Shown: positions 63,943 to 64,000 of the stretch, piece by piece | Numbering within the stretch: the stretch's first letter is position 1 | Layout of the letters: each line of letters begins with the position of its first letter | NCBI GenBank assembly: GCA_963787935.1 | Contig: CAWBEV010000002.1 | Location: 4,563-68,562, forward strand | Source of the DNA: an uncultured Actinomycetes bacterium | GTDB taxonomy: Bacteria > Actinomycetota > Thermoleophilia > Solirubrobacterales > Solirubrobacteraceae | DNA length: 64,000 nt | Reading direction: 5' to 3' | Position numbers and translations under genes: made by a program | The notes under the pieces: generated by a model | Told to the model about the DNA's origin: nothing | What the model saw: the letters and a program-made list of their open reading frames with translations, nothing else | Database searches by the model: none

Positions 63943-64000
63943 GAGCGGACCCTAGCGGCGAGCGTCGGCCAGGGGCAATTCGGTCGCTTGACGTGCGTCC

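Overview
A very GC-rich chromosomal segment (about 70-78 % by eye). Gene content looks like Actinomycetota, possibly Thermoleophilia/Rubrobacteria-like, but the taxon is inference only. Most six-frame ORFs are GC artefacts; I called genes from recognisable protein signatures. Layout: (1) 1-14.07 kb is a surface-glycan/EPS locus: GalE-like epimerase, several GT4/GT2 glycosyltransferases, an O-antigen-ligase/polymerase-like protein with TPR tail, a YfhO-like membrane protein, a methyltransferase, a WbaP-type priming phosphotransferase and UDP-glucuronate decarboxylase. (2) 14.1-35.4 kb is core metabolism: ferritin, GNATs, a fused MoaD-MoaE, methylmalonyl-CoA mutase catalytic subunit, propionyl-CoA carboxylase beta/epsilon/alpha, a FetAB-like exporter and sucCD. 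(3) 35.5-53.5 kb is mixed: aminotransferase, DtxR-family and LysR regulators, LigC-type ligase and a stand-alone LigD-type primase-polymerase separated by F420-type redox genes, glycerate kinase, CrtI-like oxidoreductase, gpsA, M14 peptidase, and an MrfA/YprA-like helicase with a DUF1998 zinc module. (4) 53.5-57 kb encodes secreted proteins: cupredoxin, a PD40 beta-propeller protein and an M23 peptidase. (5) tRNA-Phe (56994-57066) is followed by two exact direct repeats of its own 3' end (59477-59503 and 61596-61638). They delimit two small, lower-GC, integrase-less islets. One carries a LuxR-TPR regulator plus a SnoaL-like protein; the other carries an AlbA_2/HATPase_c_4 (Schlafen-like) ATP-binding protein. 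This is the most accessory-looking and interesting part of the window. A second major observation is that many genes in discrete blocks (1-14.07 kb, about 30.74 kb, 33.8-39.5 kb, 43.9-53.5 kb) have broken reading frames. Nearly every junction I traced is a +1 shift. Housekeeping genes (sucC, gpsA) are hit, so a consensus or sequencing artefact is more likely than real pseudogenes. I label these genes pseudogene as read. No rRNA, CRISPR array, transposase or integrase was found.
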